Shown here piece after piece: positions 29,314 to 39,780 of a stretch of 64,000 bases of DNA (its first letter is position 1; every line of letters starts with the position of its first letter). This DNA is from Bacillota bacterium (GTDB lineage Bacteria > Bacillota > Dethiobacteria > DTU022): NCBI GenBank assembly GCA_011389985.1, contig JAABTH010000001.1, forward strand, positions 4,158 through 68,157, written 5' to 3'. The notes beneath the pieces were generated by a model, which saw only the letters and a list, made by a program, of their open reading frames with translations, was not told the DNA's origin and made no database searches. Made by a program: the position numbers and the translations under genes.

Positions 29314-29643
29314 ATGATGAAATATAAAGGCTATTATTCCAAAATAGAATTTGATGAAGAGACTGAACTTTTCAGAGGCGAAGTAATAAATATTAGGGAT
29401 GCTATAACTTTTAAGGGAACAACTGTAGAAGATTTGAAAAAGGCTTTTCATGATTCAGTTGATAAATATCTGGATCTTTGTGCTGAGAAGGGAGAATCTC
29501 CTGCGAGGCAATATTCCGGTAGGTTTGTTGTCCGAAGCAAACCCCAATTACATATGCGCATTGCTGTTGCCGCCAAAGAGAAGAGAGTAAGTATAAATGC
29601 ACTTGTAAATGAGTTGTTAGCAAGTGCACTGGATGTAAAGTAA
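29314..29643 (+). CDS. hicB: HicB family antitoxin (orphan)
   Basis: MKYKGY...ITFKG.TVEDLKKAFHDSVD.YL.LC...YSGRFVVR...S.NALV. Confidence 0.9.
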   Translation: MMKYKGYYSKIEFDEETELFRGEVINIRDAITFKGTTVEDLKKAFHDSVDKYLDLCAEKGESPARQYSGRFVVRSKPQLHMRIAVAAKEKRVSINALVNELLASALDVK

Positions 29644-29789
29644 ACCCTTAAGAAAAAAAAGATCACTCAGGGTTGTTGTGTAGAGATAGAAGATGAGAAT
29701 TTCTGTCCAGAGCTGTTCATGAATGTATTAAGATTAATGATAAATATATGCAGGAGTTTATTAAATCAGCTTAAAAAGGAGGGATTATT

Positions 29790-30107
29790 TTGAAAAAGTT
29801 AATGACATATCTTTTCCTTTTAATGTTAGTGATTGGTGTAGGATCAATTATTGGCTGTGACACAACAGAAGATGTGCAAGTTGAAGATATTAGAGAACAA
29901 ATTGAAGAAACACTTAATACTATCGAAGGAGAGATAGAAGCAATAGAGGTTGAAGAAAATATAGAAGAGATTAGTGAAGATGTTGAACAGAGATTAGCAG
30001 AAATTGAAAAGCAAATTGAAGATATTGAGATGGAAGAAATTGATTATGGTATCGAACAAAGGATAGAAGATATAGAGAGAAGAGTCGAAGATATCCGGAT
30101 GAGATAA
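29790..30107 (+). CDS. Acidic coiled-coil lipoprotein, hypothetical
   Basis: AGGAGG RBS; lipobox IIGC; E/I heptad-rich. Confidence 0.75.
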   Translation: MKKLMTYLFLLMLVIGVGSIIGCDTTEDVQVEDIREQIEETLNTIEGEIEAIEVEENIEEISEDVEQRLAEIEKQIEDIEMEEIDYGIEQRIEDIERRVEDIRMR

Positions 30108-30152
30108 GTACTCTGTATCGTTTAATATCAACCCTTATAGGAGGTTTAACAA

Positions 30153-30377
30153 ATGGATGAAGAAAGAATGACCAACCTGGCAAAAGTAATCGAGGTGGTC
30201 GGAGTATCAAACGAAAGCTGGGAAGATGCAGCTTTAAATGCAGTAAAAGAAGCTTCTAAAACATTAGATAATATAACCGGCGTTGAAGTAATTACTTATA
30301 ATGGAATTGTTAAAGACGGTAAGGTAACAGTCTTCAAGGCTGTTGTAAAAATAGCCTTTGGTCTTACAGACCGATAA
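30153..30377 (+). CDS. Dodecin family protein
   Basis: KVIEVVGVS.ESWEDA..NAV..ASKTL...KIAF. Confidence 0.9.
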   Translation: MDEERMTNLAKVIEVVGVSNESWEDAALNAVKEASKTLDNITGVEVITYNGIVKDGKVTVFKAVVKIAFGLTDR

Positions 30378-30441
30378 ACAGTAACGTTAGAAACCCGGTT
30401 ATTTAAATTGCATTTAATGCAAATTTCAATAAAGAACTTAA

Positions 30442-30475
30442 CTAAGTCCGGGATGACATCAAATCCCGGACTTAG
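30442..30475. terminator. Hairpin between dodecin and USP
   Basis: CTAAGTCCGGGAT...ATCCCGGACTTAG, perfect 13-bp arms; no clear U-tract. Confidence 0.5.
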
Positions 30476-30536
30476 ATGTAAGTAGATTAAGAACTAAAAG
30501 GTGCTTACAACTAAATTATATGGGGAGGATTTAAAA

Positions 30537-30989
30537 ATGAATATTTTAGTATGCACAGATGGATCAGAGCATAGTCAAAAAGCTGTTGAAAAAGCATCGC
30601 TAATTGCTGAAGGGCCAAATGTCGATGAAGTGGCTATTATTAATGTTTTTGAGGATAAATTAGATTTATCTTTTTTACCACTTGGGGCAAAAGTTACAGA
30701 AGAGGATATGGAAAATTTTGAAAGACTTCGGGAAGAAAACCAGAACGAAAGAAACAAAATCATGAAAGATGCCTTGAAGGTGTTTGAAGAAAAAAGTATC
30801 AAAGCACGAACTATATTAGAAGAAGGCCGCCCTGCCGATACGATCGTAAAAGTAGCGACCGATGAAGGTTTCGATCTGATTGTTCTCGGTAGCAGGGGAT
30901 TAAATAGTCTGAAAAAAATATACCTCGGTAGCGTAAGCAGTGCAGTAATTCAGGAAGCCCAAAATTCCAGTGTAATGGTAGTGAAGTAA
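30537..30989 (+). CDS. Universal stress protein
   Basis: ILVCTDGS, DLIVLGSRG...LGSVS. Confidence 0.93.
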   Translation: MNILVCTDGSEHSQKAVEKASLIAEGPNVDEVAIINVFEDKLDLSFLPLGAKVTEEDMENFERLREENQNERNKIMKDALKVFEEKSIKARTILEEGRPADTIVKVATDEGFDLIVLGSRGLNSLKKIYLGSVSSAVIQEAQNSSVMVVK

Positions 30990-31025
30990 ACTCCAAACTC
31001 TTTTTATTTATACGACAAATTGTAA

Positions 31026-31060
31026 AGTAGCGGCTCCCACTATCATGAGGAGCCGCTACT
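31026..31060. terminator. Hairpin after USP
   Basis: AGTAGCGGCTCC...GGAGCCGCTACT, perfect 12-bp arms. Confidence 0.6.
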
Positions 31061-31534
31061 AAGGGCAGTTAATATTAGCTAAAATCATATGTTTGTTAAC
31101 GGTTATAGCTTTATGCTTGTCTAAGTTGCTACTGCCCATATTTTAAACCGGTGTCTGGCAGCCTCTGGACATCATTTGCCGGAATGAGGCGCCAAGACCT
31201 CCGGGAATAATTTGCTTAAAAGGCATAGTTACAAACATTTGGCCTTACCTCTAATCATTATTAACGCCAGTTGAGTGTTTGTGAGCTTTATTATAGAATC
31301 TCTTTGTGGCATTAAGATGTGATAAATATTAAGTTATTGTAAAATATTTTTGATGGCTGTAAAAGTGGGATGAGTGTGCCTTTGATTAAATCAAACAGTA
31401 ATAATGTTTTCCGCGGTCTTTTGTGTTATTATTTGCTGAGTGCCGGGTTTTTATAGAATTATTGACTAAAAGGGCATCAATCTAAACCGATTTTTAAATA
31501 GACTGGCTATGTCAACTGAGAACCTGTAAAGGGT

Positions 31535-32548
31535 ATGATCCAGGTGTTTTATACATTGTTGCAAGTTTTTCGTGAACTGTTTAGCAATGCATTTCAAACC
31601 AGCATAATGTTATTTAAAATTATTGTACCGATCAGTATCTTAACCCGGCTGCTTCAGCAGTGGGGTATTGTTGATTACTTCGGAATCATCCTAAGTCCGG
31701 TTATGGAGTTGGTAGGGTTACCGGGGCGAATAGGTTTGGTCTGGGCTACAGCAATGATAACCAACCTATATGGAGGTATGGTGGTTTTTGCTTCTCTGGC
31801 GCCAGGACTTGATCTGACTGTTGCTCAGGTTTCAGTTTTGGGAACGATGATTCTTGTCGCTCACTCACTACCGGTGGAAGGTCTGATAGCTCAAAAAGCA
31901 GGAGTGCGTCTCAGGGCTACATTATTAATACGGGTAATGGGAGCTCTACTCATCGGCTGGATTCTGCATCTTGTATATCAAATGACCGGAGTTTTACAGC
32001 AGACAAACCAGGCTTTGTGGAATCCACCTGTAGTAGGGCATACGTGGAGCTCATGGGTTATTGCCGAACTGCGAAATATGTTCTATATCTTTTTAATCAT
32101 CTTAACTTTGACGGCAGTGCTGATGTTACTAAAAAGGCTGGGGATAAGCGATTTAATGACCAGACTGCTTGCTCCTGTTTTAAAAACGCTCGGTATAAGC
32201 CGGGAGGCTGCACCGATTACGATTATCGGGATAACTCTGGGTTTGAGTTATGGAGGCGGCCTTATTATTCAGGAGGCAAGATCTGGAAAATTGTCCAAAG
32301 CAGACCTATTCGCTTCAATTACACTAATGGGTTTATGCCATAGCATTTTTGAAGATACGCTGTTGATGATGGTGCTTGGCGCTCATATATCCGGTATTAT
32401 CTGGGCAAGACTGGTCTTTTCGCTATTGGTAATATATCTGCTGGTAAAATTGATCCGGAAAATTCCCGGAGACATAGTTGATCGTTACCTGATGCGCAGC
32501 GTCGGAGGAATAGAAAGCAAAGAGGTATCGCAAGAGCAGAGTTATTAG
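31535..32548 (+). CDS. Nucleoside-recognition (Gate) domain membrane protein
   Basis: L.P.M..VGLPG, AHSLPVE, GLSYGGG, CHSIFEDT. Confidence 0.75.
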   Translation: MIQVFYTLLQVFRELFSNAFQTSIMLFKIIVPISILTRLLQQWGIVDYFGIILSPVMELVGLPGRIGLVWATAMITNLYGGMVVFASLAPGLDLTVAQVSVLGTMILVAHSLPVEGLIAQKAGVRLRATLLIRVMGALLIGWILHLVYQMTGVLQQTNQALWNPPVVGHTWSSWVIAELRNMFYIFLIILTLTAVLMLLKRLGISDLMTRLLAPVLKTLGISREAAPITIIGITLGLSYGGGLIIQEARSGKLSKADLFASITLMGLCHSIFEDTLLMMVLGAHISGIIWARLVFSLLVIYLLVKLIRKIPGDIVDRYLMRSVGGIESKEVSQEQSY

Positions 32549-32588
32549 TGGTTTTTTATATTAATTAATGATAAGGAAAGGATCTAAG

Positions 32589-32894
32589 ATGACCAATAAA
32601 GAAAACTACCGTGCTTATCTGCAGAAGCAGCTGGATGGATGGGTTGAAGAAGTTAATGCTTTAAGGAAAAAGGTTGGTGCTGCCGGATCTGAAGCGATGA
32701 AGAACATGCCTGAGCAAATTAAGATTCTCGAAAATAAAATTGATCAAGGCACGGCAAAACTAAAAGAACTGGCCGAAACAAATGAAGATGCCTGGGAATC
32801 TGTGAAAGATGGTTTTGAATCAGCCTGGAAATCTTTATCGGCAGGTTTTAAGGATGCCGCGACAAAATTTAAGTGGGAAAGGGACAAAGATTGA
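32589..32894 (+). CDS. Coiled-coil stress-type hypothetical protein
   Basis: AWESVKDGFESAW..L..F motif. Confidence 0.75.
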   Translation: MTNKENYRAYLQKQLDGWVEEVNALRKKVGAAGSEAMKNMPEQIKILENKIDQGTAKLKELAETNEDAWESVKDGFESAWKSLSAGFKDAATKFKWERDKD

Positions 32895-33124
32895 ACAAAG
32901 TGGCACTTCCAATAGTTGCTATTAAAACTTATATTTGTTATTATCTTAAAGTGAATAAAGAAAAGTAAGGGCTAAGTATACCAAGTAAAGCTTGCTCAAT
33001 TTGAAACCTGGTCTGCTTTTGTTTCTCAAGTTTAAAATTGATTAATAAAAAAGCTTATTTAAGCCCTCCACTAACTAAACTAGAAAATGGCTAACAAGAT
33101 ACTTATATGGGGTGCTAAAGCAAA

Positions 33125-33709
33125 ATGGTATTTGCAATAGTTTTAGGTTCAGTTGCTATCTTACTATTTATGATTACAGAATATGTAAGCTATAAAGGCA
33201 TTGATTTTAAACTTCTAAGGTTATTACAACTCTTTACTTTAATATTTGCGGTTTTAGCTCACGTTATTGTATTAATCGGCCCGCATAGTCCCAGAACATA
33301 TATTGCGATCATTCCCGGCATAGTTACCATTATAATTGCCGGTTATTTATTATATCGTTCTTTATGGGTAGAACTGCCCGGTAATCCTCATTATGGGCAC
33401 ACTCTTAATACTTCAAACAGCTTATGCCAAAAAGGCACATATGCTTTGATGAGGCACCCCGGCCTGTGGTGGTACGGGTTATTTTTAATTGGTCTATACT
33501 TGTTGACTGGATCACAATGGCTGTTAGTTGCTGCACCAATCTGGTGGATATTAGATCTCTTTCTCGTTCTTGTTGAAGATCTATACCTTTATCCACGGAT
33601 ATTTAAAGATTACGATGTTTACAAAAAAAAAGTGCCTATGCTCTTTCCAAAGCTGGCTAACCTGAAAGATTGCTTGCGAACATGGAATACTTTTAGACGA
33701 AAAAGTTAA
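33125..33709 (+). CDS. ICMT/PEMT-like integral membrane methyltransferase family protein
   Basis: GTYALMRHPG motif; ED..L...F..Y..YKKKVP C-terminal motif; multi-TM. Confidence 0.75.
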   Translation: MVFAIVLGSVAILLFMITEYVSYKGIDFKLLRLLQLFTLIFAVLAHVIVLIGPHSPRTYIAIIPGIVTIIIAGYLLYRSLWVELPGNPHYGHTLNTSNSLCQKGTYALMRHPGLWWYGLFLIGLYLLTGSQWLLVAAPIWWILDLFLVLVEDLYLYPRIFKDYDVYKKKVPMLFPKLANLKDCLRTWNTFRRKS

Positions 33710-33790
33710 AACAAGAGAATAAACCTGATTTTCTATCAATATTTTTAAATTCATCAATCATAGTCTATCTATACTAAAGGGGGATCTTCA

Positions 33791-35401
33791 TTGATGGAAT
33801 TAACAGCGAGGAAGTTATTGCAGGAAGGAAGGCCTAATGATATATATCCTTTGTATTGTGGTTTTCTTGATCTTACAGTGGAAGAGATTATGGATATTCA
33901 AAAGCGCCTTTTAAAAGAACAGATTACTATGCTGGAAAAGTCGGAAATTGGCCAGGCAATTTTGCCCGGAACATGGCCAAGGAATATCGAGGATTTTAAA
34001 AACAAAATTCCGTTAACGACTTATGATGATTATGCATCATTCTTATCTAAAAAAAATGAAGATGCATTACCAGACAAGCCTCACTGCTGGGTTCGTACTT
34101 CCGGACGTTCCGGTTACAATGAAGTTAAGTGGATGCCCTATACAAAACGTTACTGGTCAAAAGCAGCACATAATGCTTTTGCCAGCATGATTATCGGTTC
34201 TTCAAAAAATAAAGGAGAGTTTTTATTGGAGCAAGGTGATAAAATACTTTATGCTCTTGCCCCGAGGCCTTATACTTCAGGTGAAATAATGGTTTATGGT
34301 ATGCTGCATCACTTTCCATTTCAATTTTTACCTGAACCGGAAGAAGCTGAAAAGATGGATTTTTTTGAGCGAATTGAAAAAGGGTTCAGCCTCAGTTTGG
34401 ATGAAGGGCTAGATATTTTCTATGGTTTGGCCAGTATTTTGCTTGCGGTAGGAAAGCAGTTCTCTGGAGGTTCAAATACCGGTAAAAGAAATATGCTTTC
34501 GATGCTTAAGAGGCCTAAAGCATTGAGCCGACTGCTGAAAGGTTATATTCGTAGTAAAAAAAATAAACGAGAACTCTTACCCTGTGATATCTGGGATCCT
34601 AAAATCTTAGGGATGGCCGGTATGGATTGTGATATCTTCAGAGATAAAGTTAAATATTACTGGGGCAAAAACCCTCTTGAAGGTTATGGTTTAACTGAGG
34701 GGGGCATCGCTGCGATTCAGACTTGGGCCCGGGATGGTATGGTCTTTTTCCCCGATATGAATTTTCTTGAATTTATTTCATTTGAAGAGCATTTGAAGTT
34801 AAAAGCAGATCCTACTTATAAGCCCGATACTCTCTTATTGGATCAGGTCCAGGAAGGTGAAGTATATGAATTGATTATTTCTAATTTTTATGGGTCCCCA
34901 TTGGTTCGTTACCGGGTTGGAGATCTGATTAAGATTGTTGCTCTTCAAGATGAAAAGTGGGGGATCAAGATGCCTCATATGCGATTTTTCAGCCGGGCTG
35001 ATGATTTAATTGATATCGCCGGTTTTACGCGGCTTACTGAAAATATAATATGGAAAGCTATCGAAAAAAGTGAAGTTTCTTACAACGATTGGGTGGTTCG
35101 TAAAGAAACAGCAGAAGAAAAAACTTTCGTGCATTTTTATATTGATTCCAGTTCGGTTATGGATAAAGAACTTGCCGAAGGTCTTATCCATCGCAAATTA
35201 TGTGAACTCGATTCGGATTATGCTCAATTAGAACAAATGGTTGGGCTTAAGCCGGTCAAGGTGACCTACTTGGAAGAGGGAGTTTTTCAGCGTTATTTAC
35301 AAGAACGAATAGCCGAAGGGGCTGATATTGCCCACCTGAAACCGCCGCGACTGAATCCTTCTTTAGCGGTGATGGAAAAACTGCAAAATAGGTCAGGGTA
35401 A
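33791..35401 (+). CDS. GH3 auxin-responsive family acyl-adenylate/amido synthetase
   Basis: IPLTTYDDY, RTSGRSG..KWMP (P-loop), YGLTEG, FLEF, LVRYRVGD, KPPR. Confidence 0.88.
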   Translation: MMELTARKLLQEGRPNDIYPLYCGFLDLTVEEIMDIQKRLLKEQITMLEKSEIGQAILPGTWPRNIEDFKNKIPLTTYDDYASFLSKKNEDALPDKPHCWVRTSGRSGYNEVKWMPYTKRYWSKAAHNAFASMIIGSSKNKGEFLLEQGDKILYALAPRPYTSGEIMVYGMLHHFPFQFLPEPEEAEKMDFFERIEKGFSLSLDEGLDIFYGLASILLAVGKQFSGGSNTGKRNMLSMLKRPKALSRLLKGYIRSKKNKRELLPCDIWDPKILGMAGMDCDIFRDKVKYYWGKNPLEGYGLTEGGIAAIQTWARDGMVFFPDMNFLEFISFEEHLKLKADPTYKPDTLLLDQVQEGEVYELIISNFYGSPLVRYRVGDLIKIVALQDEKWGIKMPHMRFFSRADDLIDIAGFTRLTENIIWKAIEKSEVSYNDWVVRKETAEEKTFVHFYIDSSSVMDKELAEGLIHRKLCELDSDYAQLEQMVGLKPVKVTYLEEGVFQRYLQERIAEGADIAHLKPPRLNPSLAVMEKLQNRSG

Positions 35402-35423
35402 ACTTAGATAAGAAAGGCATAAT

Positions 35424-37925
35424 ATGAATCTCTTTATCATTCCTGCAATTACTTTAACTGTATATTTAATTATGACAGCAGTTATCCTCCGTCAGAGAGG
35501 GTATAAAGTATTAAGCCGATCTTTTGCTTTTTACTTTTTAGCGCTGGCTTTTTGGCAATTTTGTGCTCTAATGGTTAGGGTTTACAGTCTGTCGGAACAG
35601 CCGGAAATGGTCTTGTTCTGGTATCAAATGACTGTGCCTGCTATACCGGCTTGCTTTATACTTATTTTTATAATTATTAATGCTTTTCGCAGGGATTCAA
35701 GTAGAAATTGGCTCTGCCTGTTGGGCTATTACCTGATTGCTGCTTTCATAGGCATGGCCTTCTTTTCGGGAGATTGGTTCATGCAGGGAGTCACCCTGCA
35801 TGATTCCGGTATATATGTTCCTAGTTTCGGGCCTTTAATTCTGTTGACTGCGGTTGTCGTGATAATCTATCTGGCTGTATCACTTTATGACTTATGGAAT
35901 GACTATAATAAGCTGCTGGAGCCAACTATACGGTCCCGGGTACATTACCTGATTATATGCATTTTCTTGATCATCTTTGCTATAGCTTCCAATTTCATAT
36001 TTGATTTTCAGGGGCATCCGGTGGATCACTTGTTTTTACTTGTGCAGGCTTTACTGCTAAACTATGCTATCTATGATCGGAATATTCTGGATTTACCTTT
36101 AGTTGTGCGCATGAATCTTTCATTTTTATTTGTATCATTAATGACGGTTTTAGCTCTAATAATTGCACTACTTGCTTTTATACTAAACATGCATACTTTA
36201 GTCAGTTATTTTGCTGTAGTATATTCAGCTGTTATAGCTCTTTTATTAATTGTTGTTTTCCTGTTTTTGCGTTCCCGTTTTGAAATATTTTTTGATCTGC
36301 TCTTTTATCCTGAAAGAGCCAGAATCTATCTTGCTGTTAATGAATTGATCAGAATGTCTGCTGAAGAAACAAAGATAGAGGATGTTTTTGAAAAGATTGG
36401 TTTAATTTGTAAAAAAAGTTTGAGTGTTAAAGATGTTTTTTTCTTTTTAAAAGATACAGATGGAAATTATTATATTGAGAAGTCATCTTCTAATCCTATT
36501 CCAACAAGCGCTTCTTTGCATCAGGAAAATCCGATTATAAAAATGTTGGAAAATGAGCAGTCATCCATTTTATTATCAGATGCGCTGCTGAAACCTCAAC
36601 TACAAGGGCTCTGGAAGGAAGAGCTTGAGGTTATCAATACTTATGATATTAAATCATTTTTTCCTTTAATCACAAAATCTAAGGTCTTTGGCATAATGTG
36701 TTTAACGTCAAGGATAACCAATCGTCCATATACCCAGCATTTTATGCAGATGGCACAATATTTTGCCCAACAATGCGCAATATTAATTAATAATACTATT
36801 TTATATGATGAAGTGAAAAAAGCAGCTATTATTGATCCCCTGACTGGTGCTTACAATCGAAGGATGTTAGAGGACTCATATACTTTAGATGGTTATGAAG
36901 AGGATCTGTCGGTGGGTATGATTATTACCGATGTTAATAATTTTAAGCATATCAATGATCAATATGGCCATCAGGCCGGCGATTTAGTTTTACGGGAATT
37001 AACTGATGTTATGAAAAACAGTGTTCGGGATCAGGATTTGGTCGTAAGGTTTGGAGGGGATGAGTTTATAGTACTGATGCCGGGAGCCGAACCATATATT
37101 ACCAAGAAAGTGGTTAGCAGGATTGAACGCAACCTGGAAAAGTGGAATAAGAAACAAAAATATACCAACGGAGAAGAGGTATCTTTAAAAATAGGCACTT
37201 ACACTGCTGCAGGTGAAAGCATGGATAAGCTTGTATATGAAGCAGACCAAAAGTTACTGGTGGCAAATCATGATCATAAACAGCAGCAGCTTGCCAAGCT
37301 GCTTAATGAATCAGTAAGAGACCGCAAAACGCTTACTGAACAAGCCGTACTGGCTTTGGCAAAATCTACAGAGCTGGGTGATCCTTACACCAGTGGTCAT
37401 TCTGAGCGGGTCATGGCTTATGCGCTGAAGATAGCAGAAAAATTGGGTTTAGTTGGCCCTCAAATAGAAGCGCTCCGTCATGCTGCTATACTTCATGATA
37501 TTGGTAAAATAGGTATACATAAGAACGTTTTACTTAAAGAAGGCCCTTTAAATAAAGAGGAATGGGAACTGATGAAGCTTCATCCGGTGATGGGCGCCCA
37601 GATTCTTGCCAAGGTTAAGCAGTTTGAAGATATGGCCGATATAGTTCGTCATCACCATGAGAGATATGATGGTGATCTTAACGCTTCGCCTCCTGCTTAT
37701 CCGGATGGATTAAAAGGAGAAGATATTCCATTGCTAACCCGCATTATAACTGTCGCGGATGCTTTTGACGCAATGATTTCATCAAGGCCTTACCGCCCGG
37801 CAATCTCGCTTGATAAAGTAAAAGAAATATTTGAGAACGAGGCCGGTAAACAGTTTGATCGGAATGTAACTATCGCTTTGTTTTCCTGCTTAGAAAGTGA
37901 AGATTTTATAGAAGAAAAAATTTAA
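35424..37925 (+). CDS. 7TM sensor-GAF-GGDEF-HD-GYP c-di-GMP enzyme
   Basis: About nine N-terminal hydrophobic segments (HisKA_7TM-like), GAF-like region, RDQD..VRFGGDEF, GHSERV, LHDIGK, HHERYDG. Confidence 0.88.
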   Translation: MNLFIIPAITLTVYLIMTAVILRQRGYKVLSRSFAFYFLALAFWQFCALMVRVYSLSEQPEMVLFWYQMTVPAIPACFILIFIIINAFRRDSSRNWLCLLGYYLIAAFIGMAFFSGDWFMQGVTLHDSGIYVPSFGPLILLTAVVVIIYLAVSLYDLWNDYNKLLEPTIRSRVHYLIICIFLIIFAIASNFIFDFQGHPVDHLFLLVQALLLNYAIYDRNILDLPLVVRMNLSFLFVSLMTVLALIIALLAFILNMHTLVSYFAVVYSAVIALLLIVVFLFLRSRFEIFFDLLFYPERARIYLAVNELIRMSAEETKIEDVFEKIGLICKKSLSVKDVFFFLKDTDGNYYIEKSSSNPIPTSASLHQENPIIKMLENEQSSILLSDALLKPQLQGLWKEELEVINTYDIKSFFPLITKSKVFGIMCLTSRITNRPYTQHFMQMAQYFAQQCAILINNTILYDEVKKAAIIDPLTGAYNRRMLEDSYTLDGYEEDLSVGMIITDVNNFKHINDQYGHQAGDLVLRELTDVMKNSVRDQDLVVRFGGDEFIVLMPGAEPYITKKVVSRIERNLEKWNKKQKYTNGEEVSLKIGTYTAAGESMDKLVYEADQKLLVANHDHKQQQLAKLLNESVRDRKTLTEQAVLALAKSTELGDPYTSGHSERVMAYALKIAEKLGLVGPQIEALRHAAILHDIGKIGIHKNVLLKEGPLNKEEWELMKLHPVMGAQILAKVKQFEDMADIVRHHHERYDGDLNASPPAYPDGLKGEDIPLLTRIITVADAFDAMISSRPYRPAISLDKVKEIFENEAGKQFDRNVTIALFSCLESEDFIEEKI

Positions 37926-38100
37926 TTTATTGGTTTTTCAACAATTTTTACTACAGAACTATAATTTTGTCTGCTTAGAGGAAAAAGGTAATATCAAAGT
38001 TGTAATGTTTGAAAATATCCATTTAAAATAGTCAGAATAAAAGCATCCTGTTTTTAGTATATAGCGCATGTTATAATAAACAAAAAGGTTAAATTATAAA

Positions 38101-39201
38101 ATGAACAAAACGGCTGAGCTATTCATTAAAACAGTTTCAAAATATAACCCCATTGCTATTTATATTCCCGGTTCTCCGGATCCCGATGCAATTGCTTCGG
38201 CATATGCCATAAAACAGATCCTCAATAAACTCAATCTAGATTCTGATATTTTTGCGGAAAAAAGATTGTCTCTTTCACAAAATCAGGCTTTTATCGACAG
38301 GTTGAAGATTCCTGTTTATTTTGGTAAAGATATCAATGTAAAAAAGTATCAGGGCTACATTGTCCCTGATTTTCAGAATAACCGGATTGAAAATGTAAGT
38401 GATAAGATTCCCTGCATAGCGCATATTGATCATCATGGCAATTCAGAAAATGCAATTGAAGCCGAGTTTTCGTTGATCAAAACGGATGTTGGTTCCACAA
38501 GCACTATGGTAGCCTTGATTATGAAGTATTCAAACCTTAATTTTTCCAGTGATGAAAAAGGTTCGATAGCTACTGCACTCACCTTTGGCATTCAAACAGA
38601 CACGGATAAATATCAAAATGTTACCGCCATGGATCTGGAAGCTTTAATATTCCTAGCAGAAAATGCCGACAGTCAGATATTGCAGGAGATTAACAGTATG
38701 CCAATTTCGCCGAAAACACTTCAATACTTCAAAAAGGCGAAGGAAAATGAGGTTGTCTACAAGGACTGGGCTTTTTACGGGATTGGTTTTATTAATGCAA
38801 GTAAAAGGGATTCAATCGCTATTATTGCCGATATGCTAATGAAAAACAGTGATCATAAAGTAGTTGCTGTTTTTGCTATTATAGAAAATCACAAAAGCAG
38901 GGAGACTTACCTCGATGTATCCCTTAGATCTGCCAGCAGCGCTGTTGATCTTAACAGGGTCATTAAAAAAATAACTCCGAACGGAGGAGGCAGGAAATAT
39001 AAAGGGGCTTACCAGGTTAAGCTTAACTATTTGAAAAATGTTCCAGATAAAGATATGTTATGGCAGGTTGTTCAAGCGGCAACTGTTGAAACATTGCGTA
39101 TAAGCAGAGATACCTTTTATATCTCAGGCATAGAAAAACTTTATGGCAACGTCAAAAACAAGGTTCTATCACTCATTAATAAAGGGAAAGAAGAGTTCTA
39201 A
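38101..39201 (+). CDS. DHH family phosphoesterase
   Basis: PDPDAIASA, IDHH, GIQTDT, GGGR. Confidence 0.85.
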   Translation: MNKTAELFIKTVSKYNPIAIYIPGSPDPDAIASAYAIKQILNKLNLDSDIFAEKRLSLSQNQAFIDRLKIPVYFGKDINVKKYQGYIVPDFQNNRIENVSDKIPCIAHIDHHGNSENAIEAEFSLIKTDVGSTSTMVALIMKYSNLNFSSDEKGSIATALTFGIQTDTDKYQNVTAMDLEALIFLAENADSQILQEINSMPISPKTLQYFKKAKENEVVYKDWAFYGIGFINASKRDSIAIIADMLMKNSDHKVVAVFAIIENHKSRETYLDVSLRSASSAVDLNRVIKKITPNGGGRKYKGAYQVKLNYLKNVPDKDMLWQVVQAATVETLRISRDTFYISGIEKLYGNVKNKVLSLINKGKEEF

Positions 39202-39277
39202 TTAGTCCTGGAAGCTGCCGGCCGGTTAAACGAGTTTTTCTTAAGCCGGATGCAATTTCAGACTGCTGAGGTGGGGA

Positions 39278-39772
39278 ATGCTAAACATTCGTCCTATTGA
39301 AAGTAATGACTGGCCTGCTGCATGGCAGATTATTGAGCCTGTATTTCGTTCAGGTGAAAGTTATGCCTTTTCGCCTGATATTACCGAAGAGGAAGCTTAC
39401 AAAGTCTGGATTGATATACCGGAGATCACATTTGTTGCACTGGACAGCAGAAATAGTGTTTTGGGTACATACTATATCAAACCGAATCAGCCTGCTCTTG
39501 GCGCTCATGTTTGTAACTGTGGATATATTGTTGCAGCGGATGCCCGCGGAAGAGGTATCGCTTCTGCCATGTGCGAACATTCATTACAAGAAGCAGTCGC
39601 ACGAGGTTTCAGGGCAATGCAATACAACCTGGTTGTTTCAACCAACGAGAGTGCAGTGCATTTATGGAAGAAGCACGGTTTTAATATTGCAGGGACTTTG
39701 CAGAACTCATTCAGGCATTTGCGATTTGGTTATGTTGATTCTTATGTGATGTATCAAGAGCTGGTAAAATAA
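39278..39772 (+). CDS. GNAT family N-acetyltransferase
   Basis: HVCNCGYIV..ARGRGIA, AMQYNLVVSTN. Confidence 0.92.
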   Translation: MLNIRPIESNDWPAAWQIIEPVFRSGESYAFSPDITEEEAYKVWIDIPEITFVALDSRNSVLGTYYIKPNQPALGAHVCNCGYIVAADARGRGIASAMCEHSLQEAVARGFRAMQYNLVVSTNESAVHLWKKHGFNIAGTLQNSFRHLRFGYVDSYVMYQELVK

Positions 39773-39780
39773 TTAAACTA

